Source: an uncultured Verrucomicrobiae bacterium (GTDB taxonomy: Bacteria; Verrucomicrobiota; Verrucomicrobiia; Palsa-1439). From it: 64,000 bases of DNA. The stretch is from the NCBI GenBank assembly GCA_963812605.1, contig CAWEWF010000010.1, positions 64,001-128,000 of the forward strand. Reading direction: 5' to 3'. Below, piece by piece: positions 20,618 through 30,350 of the stretch. Position 1 is the first letter of the stretch; each line of letters starts with the position of its first letter. The translations under genes and the position numbers were made by a program. Under the pieces are notes generated by a model, which worked only from the letters and a program-made list of their open reading frames with translations, made no database searches and had not been told where the DNA came from.

Positions 20618-21901
20618 TCAGGATGCGGGACCCGCCGGTGCCGCCGGCTTGGTTGGTGGAGCCGGCTTCACGTGCGAGCCGATCTGCAATCGATACTGGC
20701 CGTCGACGACGATGCTCTCGTTGGGCTTGAGCCCGGAGTCGATCAGCGCCTCGCCTTTTTCGATTTGCGCGACTTTCACCGGGGTAACTACCACGGATTG
20801 ATCGTCCTTGATGACGAAGATGTAGGAGCCGTCGGGGCCGCGCTGCACGGCGGAGGCGGGCACGACGAGGCCGCCTTTGCGGGTGGTTAGCAAGAGGCGC
20901 GCATTCACGAACTGGCCCGGCCAAAGCCGCAGGTCGTCGTTGGCAAACGTGGCCTTGAGACGGATGGTGCCGGTGGTGGTGTCAATTTCATTGTCAATCA
21001 CGGCCAGTTGGCCCTCGCCCAACTGCGTCGTGTTATCGCGGTCCACGGCCAGGACGGTGACCTGGTTCGACGACATTTCCTTTTGGATTTCGTTGAGGGA
21101 TTGTTCGGGGAGCGTGAAAACCACGGAGATCGGATGCAATTGGGTAATCACCACCAGGCCGTTCGCGTCGGCGGCATGGACGATGTTTCCCTGGTCGACC
21201 TGGCGAATGCCGGTGCGTCCGTCGAGCGGGGAGGTGATCGTCGTGTAATCGAGTTGGACCTTGGCGCTATCGATCGCGGCCTGGTCAGCCTTGACGGTTG
21301 CCGCCAGTTGGTCAACGAGCGCTTTCTGGGTGTCGTACGTTTGCTGGGTGGCGATCTTCTGCTGGACGAGATCGGTGTCGCGTTTCAGGTCCAATTGGGC
21401 ATTGGCCAGTTGCGCCTCGTCTTGCGCTTTTTTGGCCACGGTTTGTTCGAGCGCGGTCTGAAATGGATCGGGATCGATTTGCGCGAGCAGGTCGCCGGCG
21501 TGCACGTCTTGTCCCTCCACGAAGGCAACTTTCTTCAATTCGCCGTCGACACGGACATGAACCGTGACCGTATTGAAGGCCTGGACGGTGCCAAGTCCGT
21601 CTACATAGATGGGCACGTCTTTCTGGGCAACTTTGCCCTCCACGACCGGCACCGCGGGCGGTCCGGCATGGGCGGCGGCGGCTTTTGCGGAAGCCGCGCG
21701 GTAGTGATGCACGACCCACACGATTCCCACGACGGCCACAATTACCGCTACGATCAGGGTCCAGAGGATCTCGACGCCCATGTCCCTCTTCGAAAAGACT
21801 TTTTCTTCAGGCGGACGAAGATGTTTCCGCGATTCGTCAGCCTTGGGTGGGTCGGGCTGATCCAAACGTTGACGCTCTTGAACTTGGTCGTTTTTCAGCA
21901 T
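20618..21901 (-). CDS. mdtA: RND periplasmic adaptor MdtA-like
   Basis: DVPIYVDGLGTVQAFNTVTV, IDTTTGTIRLKATF, LWPGQFVNARL; first gene of the mdtABC arrangement. Confidence 0.9.
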   Translation of the reverse strand: MLKNDQVQERQRLDQPDPPKADESRKHLRPPEEKVFSKRDMGVEILWTLIVAVIVAVVGIVWVVHHYRAASAKAAAAHAGPPAVPVVEGKVAQKDVPIYVDGLGTVQAFNTVTVHVRVDGELKKVAFVEGQDVHAGDLLAQIDPDPFQTALEQTVAKKAQDEAQLANAQLDLKRDTDLVQQKIATQQTYDTQKALVDQLAATVKADQAAIDSAKVQLDYTTITSPLDGRTGIRQVDQGNIVHAADANGLVVITQLHPISVVFTLPEQSLNEIQKEMSSNQVTVLAVDRDNTTQLGEGQLAVIDNEIDTTTGTIRLKATFANDDLRLWPGQFVNARLLLTTRKGGLVVPASAVQRGPDGSYIFVIKDDQSVVVTPVKVAQIEKGEALIDSGLKPNESIVVDGQYRLQIGSHVKPAPPTKPAAPAGPAS

Positions 21902-22046
21902 GATTTAGACAAGCCCGGTCAGATTGACGTTCAATGTAACACCAAATCCAAGCGACAGTTACAAAAATATGGCCGTGAGCGGACGATGTCAAATGGCAGC
22001 GTTTACGATAACAATTTCAAGGAAAGGTGTAACCTATGCGTGGTGC

Positions 22047-22781
22047 CTAATTCGCGATACGCTTGACTGAGGAATTGAACGCAACCAACCGTTCCCAATC
22101 AATTGAACCATCCTTCCGACAGAAATCTGCCATGAAATCACGTGTGAAACGGTTCACAGCTTGATCCCATTCAGCGCGGAACTTCGGTCGATTTCGTTCC
22201 GGCACGTTTTTCATCAAGCGAATGAGCTTCAGGTAGAAGTCCGGATCGCCTGTAATCTCCTGCCAAAACGCTTGGCCAGAACGCCGGCGAAATCGCGAGT
22301 TGTCCGTCGGTTCGCTGCATTGCTGGCCGTAAGCTTGACCGACTAGTGGATCGAATTGCTTGTTCAGCTTGTAAAGTCGTTTGCGGAGCGCGTCAAAATT
22401 CGTGCTTTGACGCTTGTGCTGGTCGGCATTGCCCCAATTCGGCCCTGATTTGACAGCGACCGCTAAGTATCGGTCGGACTTTTCGAGCGCGAAATCCACG
22501 CCTTCGGTCGGGGCAACTTGACCGGCTGCAGCGATTTTTGCAATTGGCTCAAAGAAGACATTCCCGAAAATTGTCTCATCGGACGATGTGACAAAAGCGG
22601 TCATGATTTGCTCGACGATCTCAGAGGCTTTCTCGATACCCAACGCGCGGTACAGGTACGGATTCTTTTTTTGAAGAACCTTTTCCAGGCTAAGTTTCTG
22701 CAATGCGGTGAGGCGACTCGCATAGAACTTCTGCAAACAGATCTCGATCTCTTTTTCAAGCCGCGCTGGAGTGAGTGCCAT
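22047..22781 (-). CDS. Type II restriction endonuclease, EcoO109I-like PD-(D/E)xK family
   Basis: KKNPYL...SSDETIFGN.FEP, GVD...AVKSGPNWGN, GQAFWQEITGD motifs; overlaps the MTase 3' end; likely start MALT at 22781. Confidence 0.75.
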   Translation of the reverse strand: MALTPARLEKEIEICLQKFYASRLTALQKLSLEKVLQKKNPYLYRALGIEKASEIVEQIMTAFVTSSDETIFGNVFFEPIAKIAAAGQVAPTEGVDFALEKSDRYLAVAVKSGPNWGNADQHKRQSTNFDALRKRLYKLNKQFDPLVGQAYGQQCSEPTDNSRFRRRSGQAFWQEITGDPDFYLKLIRLMKNVPERNRPKFRAEWDQAVNRFTRDFMADFCRKDGSIDWERLVAFNSSVKRIAN

Positions 22782-23718
22782 TATTACCTTTCTGAGGCAA
22801 ATCCCAGAGCGTTTCGCCCAACTCATCTTTCAGGCTTTTCCGCGCGACTGCGCAATAATCTTCCCGTATCTCGATTCCGAGATAGTTGCGGCCGAGTTTG
22901 GCAGTGGCAAGGGCTGTTGTGCCCGAACCGAGAAATGGGTCAAGAACAAGATCGCCCGGCTTGGTAAACAACCGGGTAAACCATCTTGGCAATGCTTCAG
23001 GAAACGCCGCACTGTGAGAGCGATTCGAGCATTCCGTGGCCAAATGAAGTACGTTCGTTGGATAAGCCAATTCCCGACCGACCCATTTGGAAATGTTCTT
23101 GCCGAACCCACTGCCAACTTTGGATTCGTCGCGTCGCTTGTCCGTATCGCTTAAGTTACGCAGACGCGCGTGTTTCCAGTTTCCCATCGGAACGCGTACC
23201 GCATCTTGATACATGGCGAAGTGCCGATTCTTAGTGAAGTGGAGGCAGCGTTCCCACGCGTCTCTAAAGCGGTTCGGCCATTTCCCTGGGTAGCAGTTTC
23301 GTTTGTGCCAAATGTATTCCTCGGTCCAAAGCCAGCCCTGACGGCGCATGCCGAGGATAGACTCAATCACATACGTGTGTCGTTCCCCTTCAACGGCTTT
23401 CTCTTTGATATTGAGAACGAAAGAACCGGTCGGCTTTAGCACCCGCAAAAGTTCGGCTGTAATTGGGAACAGCCATTCAGCATAACGGTCGGGGTGAATT
23501 CCTCCATATGTGCTCTTGCGAGAGTCTGCATAGGGTGGCGATGTAAAAATTAGGTCGATACAGTCAGATGGCAATTTCTTCAACTCGCTGGCGCAGTCCC
23601 CGCAGATGATACAATTGACCGGTGTGCTTCCGACCTGAAACCCTGCGCTGTTCGGTCCCTCGCGGATGCGAGAAGGCTTCCGCTTCTTCGTTGTGTATTT
23701 AATTTGGGCGCGTCGCAC
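22756..23718 (-). CDS. Site-specific DNA amino-methyltransferase (beta class, probably N4-cytosine)
   Basis: FTSPPY catalytic motif precedes HSAAFP and LDPFLGSGTT SAM-binding motif. Confidence 0.92.
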   Translation of the reverse strand: MRRAQIKYTTKKRKPSRIREGPNSAGFQVGSTPVNCIICGDCASELKKLPSDCIDLIFTSPPYADSRKSTYGGIHPDRYAEWLFPITAELLRVLKPTGSFVLNIKEKAVEGERHTYVIESILGMRRQGWLWTEEYIWHKRNCYPGKWPNRFRDAWERCLHFTKNRHFAMYQDAVRVPMGNWKHARLRNLSDTDKRRDESKVGSGFGKNISKWVGRELAYPTNVLHLATECSNRSHSAAFPEALPRWFTRLFTKPGDLVLDPFLGSGTTALATAKLGRNYLGIEIREDYCAVARKSLKDELGETLWDLPQKGNNGTHSSAA

Positions 23719-23800
23719 GGGGCCAGTAAACCATAATCAGACCTCTAAGACAAGTGGCGTGTCGAATTGGGAGCAGGCCGGACGCGAGAATTCCGTCGCA

Positions 23801-23853
23801 TATATCGTAAATCGATAATTTTACTGGACACCGTGTCGGGAGGGGGGTATGGT
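23801..23853 (+). promoter_or_regulatory. Conserved 22-bp box plus sigma70 promoter, copy A
   Basis: TATATCGTAAATCGATAATTTT then TGGACA-17 bp-TATGGT; same arrangement at 34282-34334. Confidence 0.7.
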
Positions 23854-23904
23854 CGGCGCGTGAATTTACGAACGGAAGTGTAATGATGGTGGTCGGTCGA
23901 GCAC

Positions 23905-24272
23905 GGACGGCTGGGCCAGCCGTCCCTACCACTCTGGTAGCGACGGACAAGTCGAAGGCCGCGTCAGGGGGCCTGTATATGTGTTTTTGCGAAACGAACC
24001 CACCGTTTTGGCGGACGATTTTTGATGTAACGGACTATGAATACATGGGTTGCTGCGAAAATTGAGAAGTGTTTCGGTGGGTTCGTTTTGGAAAAACAAA
24101 CCCAAATCCAGGGGTCCATTGGCGGGTTTGGAGTCGAAAGTGGGTTCGTTTCAGGAAAACGAAGCCGCTGGGAAAGTCGGGACGGTAACGTCCCTCCCAC
24201 GTTTCATGAGAGCAAGACGGGCGCACAGTCAGAACACTTGGCCAGTCCAACAGGCGAGACGCCTGTTCAACG
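23905..24272. repeat. Cluster of REP-like hairpins and GAAACGAACCC inverted/direct repeats
   Basis: GGACGGCTGGGCCAGCCGTCCCTACC; GCGAAACGAACCCACC paired with GGTGGGTTCGTTTT; ACAGGCGAGACGCCTGTTCAAC. Confidence 0.7.
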
Positions 24273-24368
24273 CGGAAGACCGAAAATGAGGCGGAGCGAG
24301 CGGGCGCTTGGTGGCTGCAAGAAATCGTTTCACAAGCGGGTGGGTTCGGCTAAGATGACGCCCTTCGC

Positions 24369-25022
24369 ATGTTTACCGCACGCACATTACTGGCCGGCAA
24401 GTGGCCGATCCTGATTTTGGCGGCGTTGACCGCGGCGGTGATGTTCCTGAACTGCGCCGCGTGGCTGCGCGTCGCGCTGGCGGCCATTTCGTTGGCCCTG
24501 TTGCTGTTCACCCTTGCATTTTTTCGCGATCCCCATCGCGTGGCGCCGGCGAACCCGAAAGCCATCGTGGCACCGGCGGACGGCACGATTGTGGAGATCC
24601 GGACCGTCCACGAGCCGTATTTCCTCAACGGCGAAGCGACGATGGTGGCGATTTTTCTGTCGGTCTTCGACGTGCACGTGCAGCGCGCGCCGATTGACGG
24701 CGAAATCAAATTCGTGAAATATCACAAGGGCAAGTTTTTGGACGCCCGCGACATGAACGCTTCGCTCGAGAACGAAAACCGCGTGATTGGCCTGGTCGGA
24801 GCTGACGGGTATCGTGTGACCGTACGGCAAATCGCGGGGTTGATCGCGCGGCGGATCGTGGGCTGGGCCGACAAGGGCGCGAAACTGGCCCGGGGCGAAC
24901 GATTGGGGATGATCCGGTTCGGTTCGCGCGTGGAACTGTTCCTGCCGCCGGGCACGGAGGTCACGGCGCAGGTGGGCGACTATGCGAAAGGCGGTGAGAC
25001 GATCCTTGCCCGAAGAAAATGA
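24369..25022 (+). CDS. psd: Phosphatidylserine decarboxylase proenzyme (short type)
   Basis: FFRDP, APADG, IFLSVFDVHVQRAP, QIAGLIARRIV, GMIRFGSRV self-cleavage motif. Confidence 0.95.
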   Translation: MFTARTLLAGKWPILILAALTAAVMFLNCAAWLRVALAAISLALLLFTLAFFRDPHRVAPANPKAIVAPADGTIVEIRTVHEPYFLNGEATMVAIFLSVFDVHVQRAPIDGEIKFVKYHKGKFLDARDMNASLENENRVIGLVGADGYRVTVRQIAGLIARRIVGWADKGAKLARGERLGMIRFGSRVELFLPPGTEVTAQVGDYAKGGETILARRK

Positions 25023-25872
25023 CATACCAGCCCGACCGGCCGAACGCACCCGGAAGCCGGAACTTTCGCCGGAGAATGACGAGCGGGTGCAGATCTATTT
25101 TCTGCCGAACCTGCTCACGGCGGGCAATCTCGCCTGCGGTTTTTTTGCGCTGACGTGGATTTTCAAGTACGAGCGCGCGCTGGGTTTTGAGCCAATCCTG
25201 ATCGCCATTCGGCTGATCCTGGCGGCTTTCGCCTGTGACTTCCTGGATGGCCGACTGGCGCGGCTGGCGAAGAAGGAGTCGCACTTCGGACGCGAGTTCG
25301 ATTCGTTGGCGGACATCGTGAGTTTTGGCGTCGCGCCGGCGTTCCTGGTTTACCGCATCGTCCTCTATCAATTTGAAAGGTCCGGCTGGCTGATTGCGGC
25401 GATCTACCTGGTGTGCGGCGGGATCCGGCTGGCGCGATTCAATGTACTGAGCATGCGGCCGTCGAGCCACAAGGGCCGCGAGTTTGTCGGGTTTCCCATT
25501 CCATCCGCGGCGGCGGTGGTGGTGAGCGTGGCAATGTTCATGATGTGGCTGGTGGGCCACGAACACGAACTCGGACCGTCCCGCTACGCCCTGGCGGGGT
25601 TGATGGTCCTGCTGTCGATCCTGATGGTCAGCAATGTGCGCTATCCCACGTTCAAGTATATCGACTGGACGCCGGCGCGGTCGGTCGCGGCGTTTGCGGC
25701 GGCGGCGGTGATGGGGCTGTTGCTGGTATCGGAGTTCGAGGTGACGCTGGCGGCGTTGTTCGTCGCGTATTTGTTGTACGGCCTGGTGCGCCCCTGGGTG
25801 AGCAAACGCTGGCGGCGCGAGATCGAGTCGGATGAATCCGACGACGATGAAGACGATTCGATCGACGGGTGA
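24982..25872 (+). CDS. pssA: CDP-diacylglycerol--serine O-phosphatidyltransferase
   Basis: LPNLLTAGNLACG, DFLDGRLAR...FGREFDSLADIVSFGVAP, RLARFN; adjacent to psd. Start uncertain. Confidence 0.92.
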   Translation: MRKAVRRSLPEENDIPARPAERTRKPELSPENDERVQIYFLPNLLTAGNLACGFFALTWIFKYERALGFEPILIAIRLILAAFACDFLDGRLARLAKKESHFGREFDSLADIVSFGVAPAFLVYRIVLYQFERSGWLIAAIYLVCGGIRLARFNVLSMRPSSHKGREFVGFPIPSAAAVVVSVAMFMMWLVGHEHELGPSRYALAGLMVLLSILMVSNVRYPTFKYIDWTPARSVAAFAAAAVMGLLLVSEFEVTLAALFVAYLLYGLVRPWVSKRWRREIESDESDDDEDDSIDG

Positions 25873-26528
25873 ACGACAACGCCGTGGAAAACTACTTTCA
25901 ACCTATTCTGGCGGGTTTCGTCGCCGGTTTTGTCGTCGCCGTGCCCGTGGGCCCGGTCAACCTCACCGTCATCAACCAGGCGTTGCGCCGGGGATTCGGC
26001 ACGGCATTTTTGATTGGCATCGGCGCGATGTGCGCCGAGACGCTGTACGCGTCGCTGATGCTCTGGGGACACGCTTCGATTCTCGACGCGCCGCGCGTGG
26101 TGCTGGCGATGCGCATCATCGCGGTCGTGGTGATCGGCGCGATGGGAACCCGCTACCTGCTTTTCAAATCCGTAAAAGTCGGCGACAGCGAGGCCACGGT
26201 CCGGAAACTTGACGAGCGCTGGCATCATCCGCAGTCGTTTTTCCTCGGGTTCGCCCTGACCATTTCGAACCTGATGCTGGTGGTTGTTTGGGCGACGCTG
26301 GTCACGTTGCTCTATGCGCATGAATGGGTCGTCCCGAACCCCGTGAGCAGGCTGCTGTGCGCGCTCGGGGTGCTCGGCGGAGGATCGATGTGGTTTTTGC
26401 TGCTGGCTTTCTTCGTCTCGCGCGCGCATCGCCGCGTGAAGGATCGAACCCTGACCGTGCTGGTGCGCTGCTGCGGGATATTGTTCCTCGGTTTTGCCGG
26501 GTGGCTGGCCTGGAAATTGTTCCAGTAA
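25869..26528 (+). CDS. LysE family translocator
   Basis: AVPVGPVNLTVI, GFALTISNL, about six TMs. Confidence 0.8.
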   Translation: MNDNAVENYFQPILAGFVAGFVVAVPVGPVNLTVINQALRRGFGTAFLIGIGAMCAETLYASLMLWGHASILDAPRVVLAMRIIAVVVIGAMGTRYLLFKSVKVGDSEATVRKLDERWHHPQSFFLGFALTISNLMLVVVWATLVTLLYAHEWVVPNPVSRLLCALGVLGGGSMWFLLLAFFVSRAHRRVKDRTLTVLVRCCGILFLGFAGWLAWKLFQ

Positions 26529-26542
26529 TGAAGTCCGCGGAT

Positions 26543-27532
26543 TTACTTCGCAAGTTTTCGCAACAAGTCCGGCAATTTCCGCAAAGCGATGATCTGGCGC
26601 TTCGTCTGCATGGCCGGCTGCGCGGGTGTCCCAAACACGATCGAGCCCGGCGGCAAATCCTCGGAGACGCCGCTTTGTGCGGCCACGACCGAGTTGGAAC
26701 CGATTTTGAGGTGGTCGGCGATGCCGGCCTGTCCCGCCAGCGTGACGTTGTCGCCGATCTGCACGCTGCCCGCGACGCCCGCCTGCGAGACGATGATGCA
26801 ATTCTGGCCGAGCGTGACGTTGTGGGCGATCTGCACGAGGTTGTCGATCTTGGTCCAGCGCTTGATGATGGTGGAATCCATCGTCGCGCGATCGATGGTC
26901 GTGTTCGCGCCAATTTCGACGTCGTCCTCGATGATCACGTTGCCCACCTGCGGAATTTTCAGCCGCTCGGCGCCGTCCTGCACATAGCCGAAGCCGTCGC
27001 TGCCGATCACCGCGCCGGCGTGAATGCCGACGCGATTGCCGATGCGGATGTCGTGGTAGATGGTGACCTGCGGGTAGAGCCGGCAATCGTCACCCAGGCG
27101 GGTGCCTTCGCCGATGACGCAATGCGCCTCGATGACCGTGCGGTTGCCGACCACGACGTTGTCGCGCAGCACCGTGTACTCGCCGACGAATACGCCGTCG
27201 CCCAGGCGCACGTTGCGGCCGAGTTGCGCGGTGGGATGAACCTGCGCAGGATAGGGACGCGGCGGACAAAAGATCGCCAGGGCCCGCGCGAACGCCGCGC
27301 GCGGGTTCTTTACCCGAATCAGAGTTTTCCGCGACGCGGGCGCGTTCAGCGGGACGATGACAGCGGCAGCGGCGCATCCTTCCGCAGCGGCGCAGTGTTT
27401 GGCGTTTTCCGCGAACGTGATTTCAGTGGCTTGCGCCTGTGGAATCGGCGCGATGCCGGTGAGCTGGATATTCGCGTCGCCTTCCACCTGGCCGCCGATT
27501 TGCGCCGCGAGAGCTTGAACGGTAATGGGCAT
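26543..27532 (-). CDS. lpxD: UDP-3-O-(3-hydroxyacyl)glucosamine N-acyltransferase
   Basis: LpxD N-domain, hexapeptide repeats, IGSDGFGY, IGANTTIDR, KIDNLVQIAHNV. Confidence 0.95.
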   Translation of the reverse strand: MPITVQALAAQIGGQVEGDANIQLTGIAPIPQAQATEITFAENAKHCAAAEGCAAAAVIVPLNAPASRKTLIRVKNPRAAFARALAIFCPPRPYPAQVHPTAQLGRNVRLGDGVFVGEYTVLRDNVVVGNRTVIEAHCVIGEGTRLGDDCRLYPQVTIYHDIRIGNRVGIHAGAVIGSDGFGYVQDGAERLKIPQVGNVIIEDDVEIGANTTIDRATMDSTIIKRWTKIDNLVQIAHNVTLGQNCIIVSQAGVAGSVQIGDNVTLAGQAGIADHLKIGSNSVVAAQSGVSEDLPPGSIVFGTPAQPAMQTKRQIIALRKLPDLLRKLAK

Positions 27533-27639
27533 TTATGTGGAGCGTAACAGAAGCCCCGGATGATGGCAATGAGTTGGGCCATCACGAGCAGTCAATTTCC
27601 AGTCGTGACAAGCCGACCTCGGCGGGTAAACTGCGGGCC

Positions 27640-28326
27640 ATGCTCTATGGCCAAACGCCGAAGTGGATTGACTGGCTTGATCGCAGGATGCCGGGTTTCG
27701 GGATTCCCAACCTGGCCCTGTACCTGGTTGGGGCACAGGCGTGCGGTTTTCTGCTGCTCCTGGCCAACCCGCAGGCGATATTTCTGCTCGGTCTTGATCC
27801 CTCGCTGGTGCTGAAGGGCGAAGTCTGGCGGCTGGTCACCTTCCTGGCGGTGCCGCCACCGCTCCGCCCGGTGTGGATGGTTTTTGCGCTCTACTTCCTG
27901 TACTTCATCGTCAGCGCCATCGAAGAGGAATGGGGCGAGTTCCGCACCACATTATATGTGGCGGTAGCGGTATTGCTCAGCATCGCCTTTTCGTTTGCCT
28001 TCCAGTGGCCGATCTACGGCGCCGCCAAACTGGGATCAACGCTTTTTCTGGCCGCCGCCACCATCGCGCCGGAGTACCAAATCATGTTGTTCCTGATAAT
28101 TCCGGTGAAAATGAAATGGCTGGCGTGGTTGTCGGTGGCGTACATTGTCTTCGGGCTGATATTCGGCACACTGTTGAGCCGGTTGTATCTGCTGACCATG
28201 TACGCCAACTACGTGCTTTTTTTCGGCCCGTATTTCGCGGGACGGCTCAAAGCCGTTTATCGACGTAAGAAATTCCAGCAGGAGGTCGCGGCCGGTCGCG
28301 TCAATCCGGACGAGCCAGGGGAATAA
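27640..28326 (+). CDS. Conserved membrane protein (rhomboid-like/Der1-like)
   Basis: GIPNLALYLV, GEVWRLVTF, IPVKMKWLA; multiple TMs; likely start ATG at 27640. Confidence 0.65.
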   Translation: MLYGQTPKWIDWLDRRMPGFGIPNLALYLVGAQACGFLLLLANPQAIFLLGLDPSLVLKGEVWRLVTFLAVPPPLRPVWMVFALYFLYFIVSAIEEEWGEFRTTLYVAVAVLLSIAFSFAFQWPIYGAAKLGSTLFLAAATIAPEYQIMLFLIIPVKMKWLAWLSVAYIVFGLIFGTLLSRLYLLTMYANYVLFFGPYFAGRLKAVYRRKKFQQEVAAGRVNPDEPGE

Positions 28327-28327
28327 A

Positions 28328-29526
28328 ATGAATGCACCGATGAAATACCGTCGTTTTGGCCGAACCAATCTTTCCGTGCCCGTCATTTCTTGCGGGGGGA
28401 TGCGCTATCAACACTCGTGGAAAGACGAGGACGCGGGCGGCATCACCGCCGAGGGCCAGGCAAACCTCGAAGCCACGATCCACCGGGCGCTGGAGCTCGG
28501 CATCAACCACATTGAAACCGCGCGGGGTTACGGGACGTCCGAATTGCAGCTTGGCAAAATTCTCCCGCGGCTGCCGCGCGAGCGGATGGTGATCCAAACC
28601 AAGGTCAGCCCGTGCGCCGATTCGAAGGAATTCCTGGCCACGTTCAACCAGTCGATGAAGAATTTGCAACTCGATTACGTTGACCTGCTGGGCCTTCATG
28701 GCATCAATAATGAAGAGATCCTCGACTTCGCGCTGCGTCGCGGCGGCTGCCTGGAGGTCGCTCGTCAGCTCCAGAAAGAAGGCCGTGTCCGTTTCATCGG
28801 CTTTTCCACGCACGCTGTGACCCGCGTGATTACCGCTGCCATTGAATCGGGCGAGTTCGATTACGTCAATCTGCACTGGTACTTCGTCAATCCGCTCAAC
28901 TGGCCGTCGGTGCGGGCCGCCACGAAGCGTGACATGGGCGTGTTTATCATCAGCCCGAACGACAAGGGCGGCATGCTGCAAAACCGGCGGCCAAAATGGC
29001 GGAACTGTGCGCGCCCCTGTCACCGATGCAGTTCAACGACCTGTACTGTCTGGCACGACCAGAAGTCCACACGCTCAGTTGTGGCGCGGCGCGTCCCAGC
29101 GACTTCGATGAACACGTCGCCGCGCTGGAGTTCTACGGTCGCGAAGCGGAAACGATCGCGCCGATGGAACGCCGTTTGCGCGCGGAGATGGAACGGGTGC
29201 TCGGCGCTGATTGGTGCGCGCGATGGACGGAAGGCTTGCCGGAGTTTACCGAAGCGCCCGACAAGGTGAACCTGATCGAGATCCTTCGTCTGTGGACATA
29301 TGCGAAATCCCTCGATCTCATGGAGTGGGGGAAAATGCGCTACAATTTGCTCAGCGGCAACGGCGGCCACTGGTTCCCTGGCGAAATGGCGAACAAAATC
29401 ACCGACGAGCGAAAACTGCCGGCAGCCATTGCCCGGAGTCCGTTCGCCGCGCGCATCCCGGAAATCCTCCGCGAAACCCACCAATTACTGTTCACGGAAC
29501 CGAAGAAGCGGCTCAGCCAGAGTTGA
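28328..29526 (+). CDS. Aldo/keto reductase (frameshift near 28982)
   Basis: [40 protein letters not shown]; C-terminal part in ORF 28996..29526. Confidence 0.9.
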
Positions 29527-29534
29527 GCGGCGAG

Positions 29535-30350
29535 CTACGACGCCAGCGGGATGCCATTTTCTCGCGCCAGTTTGCGCAACGCGTTGACGGCGACACCAAA
29601 AAGTTCGGGACCGCTGAAGCCCGAGGATTGTCCCGCGATCGACAGGTGCGGCTCGAAACTCAGGAACCCGTTGTAACCGCCGGCGCAGGCGTCCTTCAAA
29701 ATCTCGGCGATATGACCGTCTCCTTCGCCGGCGGGCACGACCTTGCCGCTGCCGCGGAGGGCGTCCTTGATGTGGATGTGCGCCGTGTAGGGCTTCAGGA
29801 GCGGCCAGTTGTCGAGCGGGTCCTCGCCGGCCTGGATGAAATTGGCGAAATCGAAGGCCGCGCGGAACTTCGGTGAATCGAGGTTCTGATGCAGGTCGAG
29901 ACACGACGCACCGAGTTCGCCGTAGATGTGTCTTTCGTTTTCATGAACGAGTATCGGGCGATAGGACTGCACGTAGTCGATTTTTTTCTGTAGGCGGCGC
30001 AGCACTTCCGCGCGCCCTTGAGGGAAGGCTTCGTAATAACTGAAGATGCGAACAAACGGCGCATCGAAGAATTCCGCCAGTTCCACGGCGATTTTGAACC
30101 GCTCAAAATGCGGGTCGAACGGCTCGCTGAGTTTGACCTTGCCGATGGGCGAACCGATGCCGATCACTCCGAGGCCGTTGTCCTTGAGCTTTTTTTTGAT
30201 TTCCGCGCGCAACGATTTGTCAAAATCGAGCACGTTCCTGCCTGCCACGCCGCGCAATTCAAGGTGGGTCACGCCCTGCTTCTTGCATTCCGCAATCTGC
30301 ACGTCGAGGTCTGGCGAGATCTCGTCGCCGAAGGCGGCTAGGCCGAGCAT
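29535..30350 (-). CDS. Sugar phosphate isomerase/epimerase (xylose isomerase-like TIM barrel)
   Basis: AFGDEIS, GSPIGK, HENE, FDFANF, HIHIKDA, SFEPHL; likely start at 30350. Confidence 0.88.
   Translation of the reverse strand: MLGLAAFGDEISPDLDVQIAECKKQGVTHLELRGVAGRNVLDFDKSLRAEIKKKLKDNGLGVIGIGSPIGKVKLSEPFDPHFERFKIAVELAEFFDAPFVRIFSYYEAFPQGRAEVLRRLQKKIDYVQSYRPILVHENERHIYGELGASCLDLHQNLDSPKFRAAFDFANFIQAGEDPLDNWPLLKPYTAHIHIKDALRGSGKVVPAGEGDGHIAEILKDACAGGYNGFLSFEPHLSIAGQSSGFSGPELFGVAVNALRKLARENGIPLAS

Noticed and set aside
4078-22066. Long antisense or alternate-frame ORFs over RND genes (e.g. 5554..7281, 19316..20890), likewise 25641..27086, 35540..37222, 39816..41309, 61201..62781
   Set aside because: Shadow ORFs expected from high-GC codon bias opposite well-supported genes.
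23699-24414. Short ORFs with CETNP/KTNP peptides, and similar ORFs at 34036-34901
   Set aside because: These are translations of nucleotide repeats on both strands, with no consistent frame between copies.
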